Positions 45,741 to 56,016 of a stretch of 64,000 nucleotides of DNA are shown piece after piece. The notes under the pieces are model-generated. The model was not told where the DNA came from, did no database searches, and saw only the letters and a list, made by a program, of their open reading frames with translations. The stretch comes from a bacterium (GTDB taxonomy: Bacteria; Arandabacterota; Arandabacteria; Arandabacterales; Arandabacteraceae), in NCBI GenBank assembly GCA_029933125.1, contig JAOZOU010000004.1, positions 200,879 to 264,878 on the forward strand, given 5' to 3'. A program made the translations under genes and the position numbers. Each line of letters starts with the position of its first letter. Within the stretch, counting starts at the first letter, position 1.

Positions 45741-47370
45741 ATATGTTTTCGTGACTGGGGGTGTGGTTTCTTCCCTTGGAAAGGGAATCGCTTCGGCGTC
45801 CCTTGGTATGTTACTCAAAAGACGTGGGTTGGGAGTTACTATACAGAAATTCGACCCCTATCTCAATGTTGATCCTGGGACCATGAGCCCCTTCCAACAT
45901 GGCGAGGTTTTTGTAACTGATGATGGTGCTGAGACCGATCTTGATCTGGGTCACTATGAACGCTTTCTGGATGAGAATCTCACCAAAGATCATAATGTAA
46001 CCGCTGGTCAGATTTACGATGCTATCATCAATCGTGAAAGAAGAGGAGACTACCTTGGGCGTACGGTTCAGGTGATTCCGCATGTCACAGATGAGATCAA
46101 ATCACGCATAACCAAGGTTGGTGAAAAACCTGGTATAGATGTTTGTATAAGTGAGATAGGGGGCACGGTTGGGGATATAGAGAGCTTGCCATTTCTCGAA
46201 TCAATCAGGCAGATGAGGCTCGATCTTGGCCGGAATAATACGGTATTCGTTCATCTTACGCTTGTGCCATATATCGAGGCTGCGAGGGAGCTCAAGACTA
46301 AACCGACCCAGCATAGCGTGAAAGAGCTCAGAGAGATAGGTATTCAACCTGACATATTGCTGTGTCGCACACGTAATCGGCTTACGCCAGAGGCGCGTGA
46401 CAAGATCGCCTTGTTTTGCAATGTCAGGAGGGAGGCAGTAATAGAAGCGAGAGATGTGGATTGTGTCTATGAAGTTCCTCTTGTCTTCCATGAGGGGGGG
46501 CTGGATGGACTGGTTGTCGCTATGCTGAGGCTTTCAAGCCCTGAACCTGATCTGTCAGACTGGATCGAACTCGTTGAAAGGGCGAAGAACCCGGGAGGGA
46601 GCGTGCGGGTTGCAATTGTTGGTAAATACGTGCATCTCATTGATGCATATAAAAGCATAAATGAAGCATTCGTTCATGCAGGGATTGAAAATGATGTTGG
46701 AGTTGAAGTCGAGTGGGTCGATTCTGAAAGGGTTAACCGATCGAGTGCCACTGAATTGTTACGCGACTACGATGGAATCCTTATCCCAGGAGGATTTGGC
46801 GAACGAGGTACAGAAGGGAAGTTCGAGGCGGTGAGATTTGCCAGAGAGAACAAACGGCCCTTCCTTGGAATATGTCTTGGAATGCAATGTGCTGTAATTG
46901 AGTTTGCTAGAAATGTCTGCGGGCTCGAGGGTGCTAACAGCTCGGAGTTCGATTCGACGACTCCCTATCCTGTAATAGATCTTATCCCTGAACAAAGGGA
47001 GGTACTTTGGAAGGGTGGGACAATGAGGCTTGGTGCGTATCCATGTCGTCTGCTTCCTGGCACACTTGCTCATAGCGTCTATCGCACTGATCTTATAAGT
47101 GAGCGTCATCGCCACAGATACGAGTATAACAACCTCTTTCGAGAGCTGATGCAGGAGAAGGGATTGGTCATAAGCGGGGTGTCTCCTGATGGTAATCTTG
47201 TTGAGATAATTGAGCTCAAAGAGCATCCATGGTTCCTGGGATGTCAATTTCATCCTGAACTCAAGTCGCGTCCTGGCAGGGCGCACCCCCTTTTCCGTGA
47301 ATTCGTCAGGGCTGCCAAGGAATTTCGGTTTCGTGGAAGAACACTTGTTGAAGGGGATCTGAAACAATGA
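45733..47370 (+). CDS. pyrG: CTP synthase
   Basis: [18 protein letters not shown]... with a C-terminal glutamine amidotransferase domain (GICLGMQ). Confidence 0.9.
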   Translation: MAKYVFVTGGVVSSLGKGIASASLGMLLKRRGLGVTIQKFDPYLNVDPGTMSPFQHGEVFVTDDGAETDLDLGHYERFLDENLTKDHNVTAGQIYDAIINRERRGDYLGRTVQVIPHVTDEIKSRITKVGEKPGIDVCISEIGGTVGDIESLPFLESIRQMRLDLGRNNTVFVHLTLVPYIEAARELKTKPTQHSVKELREIGIQPDILLCRTRNRLTPEARDKIALFCNVRREAVIEARDVDCVYEVPLVFHEGGLDGLVVAMLRLSSPEPDLSDWIELVERAKNPGGSVRVAIVGKYVHLIDAYKSINEAFVHAGIENDVGVEVEWVDSERVNRSSATELLRDYDGILIPGGFGERGTEGKFEAVRFARENKRPFLGICLGMQCAVIEFARNVCGLEGANSSEFDSTTPYPVIDLIPEQREVLWKGGTMRLGAYPCRLLPGTLAHSVYRTDLISERHRHRYEYNNLFRELMQEKGLVISGVSPDGNLVEIIELKEHPWFLGCQFHPELKSRPGRAHPLFREFVRAAKEFRFRGRTLVEGDLKQ

Positions 47371-48200
47371 GTATCAATGTCGTGAGGGTTGGTGATATCG
47401 GGGTTGGAGGGGGCAAGTTCACGATTATTGCAGGACCTTGTGTTATTGAAGACCTTAAGACCTGCTTGACAACCGCATCGGTAATTAAAGAACTTACAAT
47501 GAAGTATGGTTTCAACTATATCTTTAAGTCTTCTTATGAGAAGGATAACAGGTCAAGCGTTGAAGCATATGCTGGACCGGGTATTGAGGATGGGCTGTCA
47601 ATGCTGGAAGAGGTCAAGAAAACTGTTGGAGTGCCGGTTCTCTCTGATGTCCACTGCAGCCAGCAGGTGCCTCAGGCTGCTAAGATACTGGATGTGATAC
47701 AGATTCCTGCCTATCTCAGCCAGCAAACCAGACTAGCGGTAACAGTTGGAAAAACTGGCAAACCTGTCAATGTCAAGAAGGGGCAGTTTGTTGCACCTGA
47801 GGATATGAAAGCTGTTGTTTCAAAAATAAGAAGCACGGGCAACACTGAGATTATACTTACCGAACGGGGTAGCTGCTTTGGTTATAGAAGGCTTGTGGTT
47901 GATATGCGCTCATTTCCCATAATGAGATCGCTTGGATGTCCCGTGATATTTGATGTGACTCATGCTATAAGAATCTATGGTTATCCGAGTAGCGATCCTA
48001 AGGGAGGGGAGCCTGAGTTTATCAGGTGTCTGGCGCGTGCTGCTGTTGCTTGCGGAGTTGATGGTCTTTTCTTTGAGACTCATCCCAATGTTGCCAAAGC
48101 AAAATGTGATGCTGCTAGTATGTTACCCTTGAAAGACGCTGAGAATCTCCTTGCTGAAGTTGCAGCAATAAACAAGGTTGTGAGGGATCTAAAGGCCTGA
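47367..48200 (+). CDS. kdsA: 2-dehydro-3-deoxyphosphooctonate aldolase (Kdo-8-P synthase)
   Basis: DAHP/KDO8P synthase fold motifs ([12 protein letters not shown]...IPAYL...DVTH). Gene context also supports the call. Confidence 0.8.
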   Translation: MSINVVRVGDIGVGGGKFTIIAGPCVIEDLKTCLTTASVIKELTMKYGFNYIFKSSYEKDNRSSVEAYAGPGIEDGLSMLEEVKKTVGVPVLSDVHCSQQVPQAAKILDVIQIPAYLSQQTRLAVTVGKTGKPVNVKKGQFVAPEDMKAVVSKIRSTGNTEIILTERGSCFGYRRLVVDMRSFPIMRSLGCPVIFDVTHAIRIYGYPSSDPKGGEPEFIRCLARAAVACGVDGLFFETHPNVAKAKCDAASMLPLKDAENLLAEVAAINKVVRDLKA

Positions 48201-48207
48201 AACTGCT

Positions 48208-48738
48208 ATGAAACCTATCAAAATGTTTGGCATGGATGTCGATGGGGTTCTGACGGATGGCGGGATCTATTACGGAGATGGACAACTTGAGATCAAGCGC
48301 TTCCACGTTCAGGACGGCATGGGAATAACTCTGCTTCGAAAAGCTGGCATAATCCCATTTGTGATTACGGCAAGGAGGAGTGTTGCAACTGAAAGGCGTG
48401 CACGTGAGCTTAACATTCGTGAAACCTTTCAGGGGGTCAGGGACAAGCTCGAATGTCTTGAGAGGCTCATACGAAGATACGGCTTTTCCTCTGAGGAAAT
48501 TGCCTACATCGGCGATGACCTTTCGGATCTGGAGATTCTTAAGCGAGTTGGCTTGCCACTTGCAGTTGCCAATGCTGTTGAGGAAGTGCGCAACATAGCC
48601 CATTATGTTACAAAGCGAAGTGGGGGCAATGGTGCGGTTCGGGAGGCTTGTGAATATGTGCTCAACCACAATGGGATCGGCAGACCATTTTCCGTCCTCC
48701 TCAAGAACGAGCACAGCAAAGAGGTGAGCAATGGCTGA
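48208..48738 (+). CDS. kdsC: Kdo-8-phosphate phosphatase (HAD family)
   Basis: MDVDGVLTDGGIYY...GDDLSD. Confidence 0.75.
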   Translation: MKPIKMFGMDVDGVLTDGGIYYGDGQLEIKRFHVQDGMGITLLRKAGIIPFVITARRSVATERRARELNIRETFQGVRDKLECLERLIRRYGFSSEEIAYIGDDLSDLEILKRVGLPLAVANAVEEVRNIAHYVTKRSGGNGAVREACEYVLNHNGIGRPFSVLLKNEHSKEVSNG

Positions 48739-49765
48739 GGCTGGAAGGGCTGCCAACTTCGACAAAGAGGGCGACGTACTTGTCGTTGAGACAGCTCGCA
48801 ATGTAGTGCGCATCGAGGCAAGCGAGATCGCCAGGCTTGAGGAGAGGATAGGCGACGAATTCGTTGGAGCGGTAAGAGCAATAGTTGAGTGCATTGAGAG
48901 AGGCGGCAAGGTCATCGTTACAGGAATAGGAAAGAGTGGTCTGGTTGGCAAGAAGCTGGCTGCGACGATGAACAGCACAGGTACAACTGCCTTCTTCATG
49001 CATCCTGTTGAAGCTGTCCATGGCGATCTTGGTATGGTATGTGCGAGGGATGTTGTGATTGCCATCTCTAAGAGTGGACGCAGCGAGGAGCTTGCTGCAC
49101 TCCTGCCCACCTTCAAGCGCCTCGGCAACAGAATTGTTGCAATCACAGGCAATGTCTCATCTGAACTGGCAAAGGAAAGCGATTTTGTTCTCGATGTTGC
49201 CGTCCGCCAGGAAGCATGTCCATATGACCTTGCGCCGACTGCATCGACATCATGTGCTGTAGCGATGGCAGATGCCCTCGCTATTGCAATCTTCGTTGTG
49301 AGAGGTCTCAAACCTGAGGATTTTGCCTTCCATCACCCAGGAGGTTCACTTGGCAAGCGTTTGCTGCTCAAGGTCAAGGACATAATGCACACGGGCCAGG
49401 AGATACCGCTCGTGAAAGAGAATGCCACCATGCGTGAGGCTCTCATGGAAATCATAGAGAAACGACTTGGTGTTACGGGTGTGGTAAATGATGAGGGGAA
49501 ACTGGTGGGAATAATAACTGATGGTGATATAAAACGCATCCTCATGGGTCATCCCGATGTCAAAGATATAAGAGAGATAAGGGTTGGCAATGTGATGACG
49601 CCCAATCCTCGCACAATAGAAGCAGATGCACTTGTGGCAAGGGCAATTCAGAAGATGGAAGAAGATCCCCACCGCCTTATTACCTGCCTGATGATTGTGG
49701 ACGATGAAGGCTATCCTATGGGGATAATTCACATGCATGACTGCCTTCGTACAGGAATCGCCTAG
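48731..49765 (+). CDS. kdsD: arabinose-5-phosphate isomerase (SIS + tandem CBS)
   Basis: SIS domain (VTGIGKSGLVGKKLAATMNSTG) plus two CBS domains. Confidence 0.8.
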   Translation: MAEAGRAANFDKEGDVLVVETARNVVRIEASEIARLEERIGDEFVGAVRAIVECIERGGKVIVTGIGKSGLVGKKLAATMNSTGTTAFFMHPVEAVHGDLGMVCARDVVIAISKSGRSEELAALLPTFKRLGNRIVAITGNVSSELAKESDFVLDVAVRQEACPYDLAPTASTSCAVAMADALAIAIFVVRGLKPEDFAFHHPGGSLGKRLLLKVKDIMHTGQEIPLVKENATMREALMEIIEKRLGVTGVVNDEGKLVGIITDGDIKRILMGHPDVKDIREIRVGNVMTPNPRTIEADALVARAIQKMEEDPHRLITCLMIVDDEGYPMGIIHMHDCLRTGIA

Positions 49766-49768
49766 AAT

Positions 49769-49784
49769 TGGCATAGTATATGCT
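49769..49784 (+). promoter_or_regulatory. sigma-54-like -24/-12 element TGGCAT-N5-ATGCT (GG-N10-GC spacing)
   Basis: GG at 49770-49771 and GC at 49782-49783. Matches TGGCAC-N5-TTGCW at 9 of 11 positions. rpoN lies in the downstream operon. Confidence 0.25.
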
Positions 49785-49812
49785 TGACAGCCTCTCACCG
49801 CGGCAATAACAT
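49784..49812 (+). promoter_or_regulatory. sigma-70-like promoter TTGACA-N17-TAACAT upstream of lpxL-lptC-lptB-rpoN
   Basis: Located in the 62-nt gap after kdsD. Overlaps a sigma-54-like motif (below). Confidence 0.45.
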
Positions 49813-49863
49813 CAAAGTGGTTGCACATTGAAGCTGACATCTCGCGAAGGCGATCACGAAGTG

Positions 49864-50769
49864 ATGAAGCGACCCTGGGTAAGATGGCTGCGGAGGCTTA
49901 TCGCATACGCTTTTGTCAAATCAGTGACTAAGATAGGTGAGATTCTGCCTGCTAGGATCGGCAGACGGCTCTATGTCAGCCTCGGTAGAGCTTCCTACTA
50001 TCTCCTGCCGAACTCGCGGCGCATAGCTCTTGCAAACTTAAGGGTTGCCTTCGGAGAGCATGCTGCCGATAAAGAGATAAGGGCAATAGCCAAGGCAACC
50101 TTCGCAAATCTCGGAAGATTTGCCTACGATATAGTTCAGGCTCGTCATCGGGGTCCGGAATGGGTTAAGCACCTAGCTACAGTTCGGGGGAAGCACAATC
50201 TTGATGAAGCACTTGCAAGAGGTAAGGGTGTAATAGCACTGACGGGGCACGTTGGAAATTGGGAATTGCTTGCAGCCTACTTCTCAATGATCGGCTACCC
50301 AATCAATGTGCTCGCAACCTCTCTTAAGGACTCAAAGCTTAACGACCTTCTCGTAAAAATGCGGACGGATGTTGGGGTTAGAGTACTCGATAGGTCAAAG
50401 GGATTGATACAGGCTTTCAGATGCCTCAAGCGTGGGGAGGTCCTTGGTGTACTCATAGATCAGGACACCTCTGTCGAGAGTGTTCTTGTCGATTTCCTGG
50501 GAACACCAGCAAAGACAGCTGTTGGTGCAGTGAAGCTTGCCTCGCGCACAGGTGCAGCAATCGTGCCTCTTGCGATGACATTGAACGACAGCGGTCACTA
50601 TGAAATCGACATCAAGGAGGCTCTGAAGATTGGTGGGAGGGATGAAACCCTCCGTGAGGATGTGGAACTTTGCTCAAAGGCTATTGAGGATTTCATCAGG
50701 CGGAAGCCTTCGCAGTGGGTCTGGATGCACAAACGATGGAAATCTGTACTTGGCGAAATATATCAATAG
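49864..50769 (+). CDS. lipid A biosynthesis lauroyl/myristoyl acyltransferase family (LpxL/HtrB-like)
   Basis: Lysophospholipid acyltransferase HX4D-type motif (TGHVGNWE). Start moved to ATG 49864, downstream of the predicted promoter. Confidence 0.6.
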   Translation: MKRPWVRWLRRLIAYAFVKSVTKIGEILPARIGRRLYVSLGRASYYLLPNSRRIALANLRVAFGEHAADKEIRAIAKATFANLGRFAYDIVQARHRGPEWVKHLATVRGKHNLDEALARGKGVIALTGHVGNWELLAAYFSMIGYPINVLATSLKDSKLNDLLVKMRTDVGVRVLDRSKGLIQAFRCLKRGEVLGVLIDQDTSVESVLVDFLGTPAKTAVGAVKLASRTGAAIVPLAMTLNDSGHYEIDIKEALKIGGRDETLREDVELCSKAIEDFIRRKPSQWVWMHKRWKSVLGEIYQ

Positions 50770-51311
50770 TCCTGAGACTCCTTTGCTTATCCTCTTTGAT
50801 TCTCGGTGCTTGTTCAAAGGAGCAGGAGGAGCAGGGGATTAGCGGAAAGACTCGAATGATACCAGATCAGATAATCACCGATTTTGAGATAACGGAGACA
50901 GCCTCTGGCAGAAGGGATTGGACCATGCATGCTGATAGTGCCTATCTCTATGAACGGCGAAACCTCTTGGAGGCTAAGTCGATAGAGGTTACATTCTATG
51001 ATGAGAAGGGTGAAGTGCGATCGGTGCTTCAAGCGAATTATGGCAAGCTTAACCGGAGTACTGACGATATGGAAGCAAGGGGGAATGTCATTGTTACGAG
51101 CAAGGATGGTGTCAAACTTGAGACACCGAGTCTGACCTGGCTCAACAAGCAGAGAAAGATAGTTTCAGACGATACGGTCAAAGTGACACGCGAACACGAT
51201 ATCTTGACAGGCTGGGGGTTCAGAGGTGATCCCGATCTTGGCACCTTCAAGATCCTTCGCAACATGAAAGCAACCATCAGAGGCGATGCAACTCAAGAGA
51301 CGAAACAATGA
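50736..51311 (+). CDS. lptC: LPS export protein LptC-like
   Basis: N-terminal anchor/lipobox (LILGAC), OstA-like beta-jellyroll size (about 190 aa). Immediately upstream of lptB. Overlaps the lpxL-like gene. Confidence 0.5.
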   Translation: MEICTWRNISIVLRLLCLSSLILGACSKEQEEQGISGKTRMIPDQIITDFEITETASGRRDWTMHADSAYLYERRNLLEAKSIEVTFYDEKGEVRSVLQANYGKLNRSTDDMEARGNVIVTSKDGVKLETPSLTWLNKQRKIVSDDTVKVTREHDILTGWGFRGDPDLGTFKILRNMKATIRGDATQETKQ

Positions 51312-52039
51312 AATCCAGTGTGCTTTGTACCGATAATCTAGTCAAGGTGTATCGAGGTCGAAGGGTGGTCGACGGTGTTTCGCTAGAGGTTAGGCAGGGT
51401 GAGATCGTTGGCTTGCTTGGGCAAAACGGGGCTGGTAAGACAACCACTTTCTATATGATAATGGGTCTTGTGAGACCTGAGAGTGGTCGCATCTTTCTTG
51501 ACGGGAGGGATGTGACGGAGCTACCCATGCATCTTAGAGCGAGGATGGGCTTAGGCTATCTTTCTCAGGAACCATCGGTATTTAGGAAGCTTTCCGTTGA
51601 GGACAATGTGAAGGCAATCCTTGAAACCCTCGGTCTTACCAAGGATGAGATTGAATCAGAGCTTAGGCGGCTCCTCAGTGAGCTGGGAATCGAACATCTG
51701 CGTAAGTCAAAAGCCTATATGCTCTCAGGTGGGGAGCGCAGAAGGCTTGAGATTGCGCGCGCTCTCGTGACCAAACCGAGATTCATGCTGCTTGATGAGC
51801 CGTTTTCTGGAATTGACCCAATCGCTGTCCAGGATATTCAGTCAATTGTTGCCGGACTGAGGGAAAAGGGACTTGGGCTTTTGATAACCGACCACAATGT
51901 GAGGGAGACACTCTCGATAACCGACCGCTCTTATGTCATGGCGGAAGGCAGAATACTTGTCTCAGGTAAACCAGAGGAGCTTGCTAGCAACCCACTTGCT
52001 CGTGAGGTTTATCTTGGTGAGCGCTTTACGTTAGGATAG
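51308..52039 (+). CDS. lptB: LPS export ABC transporter ATP-binding protein
   Basis: Walker A (GQNGAGKTT), signature ([15 protein letters not shown]), Walker B ([10 protein letters not shown]). Confidence 0.85.
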   Translation: MKSSVLCTDNLVKVYRGRRVVDGVSLEVRQGEIVGLLGQNGAGKTTTFYMIMGLVRPESGRIFLDGRDVTELPMHLRARMGLGYLSQEPSVFRKLSVEDNVKAILETLGLTKDEIESELRRLLSELGIEHLRKSKAYMLSGGERRRLEIARALVTKPRFMLLDEPFSGIDPIAVQDIQSIVAGLREKGLGLLITDHNVRETLSITDRSYVMAEGRILVSGKPEELASNPLAREVYLGERFTLG

Positions 52040-52063
52040 ATACCTGACAACGGAGGACGATCT

Positions 52064-53479
52064 ATGGAGATCCGACAGGACATGAGGCAGCAGCAGCGTC
52101 AGGAGATGCGCCTTGTAATGACACCCAAGCTCCAGCAGGCAATCAAGCTTCTTCAGGTTCCTGCCCTAGAGCTCCAACAGATTCTCAAACATGAGCTCAT
52201 CACCAATCCCATGTTGGAAGAGGCTGATGAGGAAGAAAGTGAGATTCAAGAAGTCCAAGAGGCTGAGAGTGGTGATGAAGGTGAATTCAAGGCTTCAGAG
52301 GTTGAGATCGACTGGGATCGCTACCTTAAAGACGGATTTGAGATGGGGGGAAGGGCTACAGGTGAGGTGGAGGAACAGGAAGAGACCCTTGAAAGAGTTC
52401 CTGTAGCTAAGCCGAGTTTTGAAGAGTATCTGACTTCTCAGCTCAGACTTGCCACGAGTGACGAAGACAAGATAAGAATTGGTGAGTTCATTATTGGAAG
52501 TCTTGATTCAAATGGCTATCTGACCATTAGTCCTGAGGATATAGCCAGGGCGCTTGGGGTTGAGGTGGAAAAAGTGGAAGAGGTGCTTGCGATAATAAGA
52601 ACGTTTGATCCTCCTGGTATTGCTGCCCGTGATCTCAGGGAATGCCTTCTTATCCAGCTTGAGCAGGCTAGTCTTGCGGACGGCCTTGCCTACATGCTGG
52701 TGAGAGATCATCTTGATGATCTCCTTAAGAAGCGTTACGGTGAGATAGCGCGCAAACTCAAGAGGAGTGTAAAGGAAATTCAGAAGGCTGCGGATGTCAT
52801 TGGTCGCTTTGACCCAAGGCCAGGTGCAAGATACTCTCAAGAGGAACCCCGCTACATTGTCCCCGACCTTATTGTTGAGAAGGTTGATGGCGATTACATC
52901 GTTGACATAAATGACAGGAATGTACCTCGCCTCAGAATCAATCGTGCCTACCGTGACATCCTCTCGAACGCCAAGTCACGCAGCAAGGAAGAACATGATT
53001 ATGTTATTGATAAGCTCAACTCAGCTAGGTGGTTGCTTAATACCATTGAGCAAAGACGCCAGACGATGCTAAAAGTAATGCAGGCAATTCTTGAGGCACA
53101 GCGTGATTTCTTTGATAAGGGTGTCGAACACCTCAAGCCGCTGACCTTGCAGGAGATAGCGGAGCGAGTTGGTATACACGAGTCGACAGTTAGTCGTGTA
53201 ACGAGCAACAAGTATGTTCAAACCCCGCGAGGTGTTTTTGAGCTCAAGTTCTTCTTCTCGACAGGACTTAAGACCGATGACGGAGATGTTGCCTCATCGA
53301 GGCATATAAAGATACGAATAGCCGAGATGATTGAGAAAGAAGATAAGCACCATCCCCTCAGCGATCAGGAGATTGCAAGGAGATTGAAGCAAGAGGGCTT
53401 TCTGGTGGCTCGGCGAACTGTTGCCAAGTACCGGGATCAGCTTGGGATCTTGCCGGCTCGCATGAGGAAAGAATACTAG
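52064..53479 (+). CDS. rpoN: RNA polymerase sigma-54 factor
   Basis: N-terminal Gln-rich region (QQQRQEMRLVMTPKLQQAIKLLQ), acidic linker, and the RpoN box (ARRTVAKYR). Confidence 0.85.
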   Translation: MEIRQDMRQQQRQEMRLVMTPKLQQAIKLLQVPALELQQILKHELITNPMLEEADEEESEIQEVQEAESGDEGEFKASEVEIDWDRYLKDGFEMGGRATGEVEEQEETLERVPVAKPSFEEYLTSQLRLATSDEDKIRIGEFIIGSLDSNGYLTISPEDIARALGVEVEKVEEVLAIIRTFDPPGIAARDLRECLLIQLEQASLADGLAYMLVRDHLDDLLKKRYGEIARKLKRSVKEIQKAADVIGRFDPRPGARYSQEEPRYIVPDLIVEKVDGDYIVDINDRNVPRLRINRAYRDILSNAKSRSKEEHDYVIDKLNSARWLLNTIEQRRQTMLKVMQAILEAQRDFFDKGVEHLKPLTLQEIAERVGIHESTVSRVTSNKYVQTPRGVFELKFFFSTGLKTDDGDVASSRHIKIRIAEMIEKEDKHHPLSDQEIARRLKQEGFLVARRTVAKYRDQLGILPARMRKEY

Positions 53480-53493
53480 TAACAGGAGGGCAC

Positions 53494-54363
53494 TTGGCAA
53501 GAAGGTTACCTTCCTGGCTTAAAACAGATCTTCCAGACGCTCGCTCGCTTGCGCGTATCAGGCAAGCAGTGGAAGAGGGCGGTCTCAATACGATTTGCTA
53601 CGAGGCGAGATGCCCGAACAAGGCTGAGTGTTTTCGTGAGAATTCGGTTACGTTCCTCATACTTGGAAGACATTGTACGCGTGCGTGCCGCTTCTGCAAT
53701 GTCCAAACTTGCCAACCCGAGCCTGTGGAGCCGGATGAGCCAACCAAGCTTCTCGAAGCGTGCTTCAGCCTTGGACTGGACTATGTGATAATAACATCGG
53801 TTTCGAGAGATGATCTATCCGATTATGGATCATCCCATTTCGCCAGGTGCGTTACAACCTTGCGGCCATATGTCGGGGCCATTGAATTGCTTACTCCTGA
53901 TTTTATGGGTAGATTTGGACTGGTGGATGAAATGATCGAAGCTGGCACTGACGTTTTTGGTCATAACATTGAAACGGTTGAGCGACTCTATCCGTTTGTG
54001 CGGGATAGAGCTAGCTACAAACGCTCGCTTGGTCTGCTGGAATATGTAAAATCTCACTTTTCAAACATCATTACCAAGAGTGGGCTACTCCTTGGTCTTG
54101 GCGAAAACCTGGAGGAGGTGAGGTGCACACTGAAACAGATGCATGAAGCCGGCTGCGACATAGTAACAATTGGTCAATACATGCAACCTTCGAGGCTTCA
54201 TGTTCCAGTTAGCGACTACTTTGCCCCGAGCATCTTTGATGAACTCAGGGTGTTCGCAGAAGAACTTGGAATGATCGCGATTTGTGGACCCAAGGTTCGT
54301 AGCTCCTTTCGTGCAAGAGCAGCATACGATGCCGTGAAATCAAGGAGGTCCAAATGCGAATAG
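53494..54363 (+). CDS. lipA: lipoyl synthase
   Basis: Auxiliary cluster CYEARCPNKAEC plus radical SAM CTRACRFC. Confidence 0.85.
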   Translation: MARRLPSWLKTDLPDARSLARIRQAVEEGGLNTICYEARCPNKAECFRENSVTFLILGRHCTRACRFCNVQTCQPEPVEPDEPTKLLEACFSLGLDYVIITSVSRDDLSDYGSSHFARCVTTLRPYVGAIELLTPDFMGRFGLVDEMIEAGTDVFGHNIETVERLYPFVRDRASYKRSLGLLEYVKSHFSNIITKSGLLLGLGENLEEVRCTLKQMHEAGCDIVTIGQYMQPSRLHVPVSDYFAPSIFDELRVFAEELGMIAICGPKVRSSFRARAAYDAVKSRRSKCE

Positions 54364-54722
54364 AGATCACCTCGAAATCATATGATCTGACGGATGGAAT
54401 GCGTCAGCACATCGAGAAAAAGCTCCTCAAGTTGAAGCACTACTTCGATAGTGTTTTAGATTGCCATGTATTCCTGAGGGTTGAACGTTTCATGTACAAA
54501 TTTGAGATTACCTTGCATGGAAATGGCTTTGATCTTTTTGCAGAAGCCCAGTCCGGAGATCTACATGCGGCATTCGATAGCGCTGCTGAGAAGATGGAAA
54601 GACAGGTTAGGAAACTCAAGGACAAGATCAGAAGGCGTAGAAATCGCCGCCCAGGGAGGATGGTCGCTGGGGAATCTCCTGGTGAAGAGGTGGCAGAAGA
54701 GGTTGAGGGAAAGGGAGCATGA
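54354..54722 (+). CDS. hpf: ribosome hibernation-promoting factor (HPF/RaiA family)
   Basis: MRIEITSKSYDLTDGMRQHIEKKL... and an rpoN-linked position. Confidence 0.75.
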   Translation: MRIEITSKSYDLTDGMRQHIEKKLLKLKHYFDSVLDCHVFLRVERFMYKFEITLHGNGFDLFAEAQSGDLHAAFDSAAEKMERQVRKLKDKIRRRRNRRPGRMVAGESPGEEVAEEVEGKGA

Positions 54723-55690
54723 AAGCAAAACAAATTCCGCTTTCCCAGATCATAAATGACTGTGGAGATTTCCTTCATCTTAGGGCGTTGAATGAGATAA
54801 GGGGCTCTGACCCCAACATTGAGAGAAGTGATATTGGGATACCGTCACTCAGCATGGTTGGTTTGGGACCCCCTCCACCAAGAGGTCAGATCCAGTTACT
54901 GGGGAAACAAGAATTGACTTACCTCGAGGGACTGTCGCTTGAGGACTGTACCAAAGCCGTCGAGAACATTAGCAAGCTCGATGTTCCCTGCGTGATCCTT
55001 ACCTCTGCAGAGAAGCTTTCTGGCAAACTGGTGGATGTTTTTTCAGCAAGTCCCGCACCTGTCATGACAAGTGATCTCTCAATGAGTCAGGTATTCCAGT
55101 ATTTGAGCAGCTATCTTGAGGTTGAGCTTGCACCTGAGACAACCATCAACGGGACTCTCGTGGATGTCTACGGCGTAGGAATTCTCTTACGGGGTCCCAG
55201 TGGAATAGGTAAAAGCGAATGTGCACTTGATCTTGTAGAACGAGGGCACCGGCTTGTGGCGGATGATGCTGTGAAGACAATTGGCAAGCCACCGGGTATC
55301 CTGATAGGTCGCAGTGTTGCTCCTTTGCAGAACTACGTGGAGGTAAGGGGGATCGGGCTCATCGACATAGGAAGCATCTACGGCATAAGGGCCTTGCGCA
55401 GGCAGAAGCGTATTGAGATTGAGGTCAATCTTACTCCCTGGGACGAAACTAAGCTCCAGGATAGATCGGGCTTGGAGACAAGAAAAGCCGAGATACTTGG
55501 CATAAGCATACCTTCAGTCGCTGTGCCGCTTGTACCCGGGAAGAGCATCAGCGTTATTGTCGAAGTCATTGCCCTGAGTCATACTTTGAAGTCATATGGC
55601 TATGATGCGACCGCTGAGCTCGACAGAAGGTGGCTTGAGCGCATCAAGACAAAGGCACGCACAAGCTTCGAACCCAGGGATACTGAATGA
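54719..55690 (+). CDS. hprK: HPr kinase/phosphorylase
   Basis: P-loop GVGILLRGPSGIGKSECALDLVERGHRLVADD. Confidence 0.8.
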   Translation: MKAKQIPLSQIINDCGDFLHLRALNEIRGSDPNIERSDIGIPSLSMVGLGPPPPRGQIQLLGKQELTYLEGLSLEDCTKAVENISKLDVPCVILTSAEKLSGKLVDVFSASPAPVMTSDLSMSQVFQYLSSYLEVELAPETTINGTLVDVYGVGILLRGPSGIGKSECALDLVERGHRLVADDAVKTIGKPPGILIGRSVAPLQNYVEVRGIGLIDIGSIYGIRALRRQKRIEIEVNLTPWDETKLQDRSGLETRKAEILGISIPSVAVPLVPGKSISVIVEVIALSHTLKSYGYDATAELDRRWLERIKTKARTSFEPRDTE

Positions 55691-55742
55691 TTCATCAACC
55701 GCTTGTTGAGGTGTATGGAGCTTTCTTGTTTTGGGTTTGTAT

Positions 55743-56012
55743 ATGATCGAACGTGATGTCAAGATTATAAACAAGCTTGGGTTGCATCTGAGAGCAGCCG
55801 CTGCTCTGGTGCAAACAGCTTCCGGGTTCGCATCAGACATTCATCTCCGCAAGGACGATATGGAAGTCGACGCCAAAAGCATAATGGGCGTGCTGGGTCT
55901 TGAGGCGGGCCAGGGTACTCACCTTAAGGTGATTGCAAGCGGAAGCGATGAGGAAGATGCTGTAAGGGCAATTGTTGGTCTGATTGAAGCAAAGTTCAAT
56001 GAGGAGGAATAG
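55743..56012 (+). CDS. ptsH: phosphocarrier protein HPr
   Basis: Active His (GLHLRAAA) and regulatory Ser (AKSIMGVLGL). Confidence 0.8.
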   Translation: MIERDVKIINKLGLHLRAAAALVQTASGFASDIHLRKDDMEVDAKSIMGVLGLEAGQGTHLKVIASGSDEEDAVRAIVGLIEAKFNEEE

Positions 56013-56016
56013 GACT

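Noticed and set aside
46759-47367. 202-aa - strand ORF inside pyrG
   Set aside because: pyrG is unambiguous on the + strand. This is an antisense artefact.
48115-49311. 398-aa ORF on the - strand spanning kdsA/kdsC/kdsD
   Set aside because: It is antisense to three well-supported, motif-bearing genes. The Ala/Ser/Thr/Pro-rich, low-complexity translation is typical of the reverse frame of GC-balanced coding DNA, and it has no SD or promoter context.
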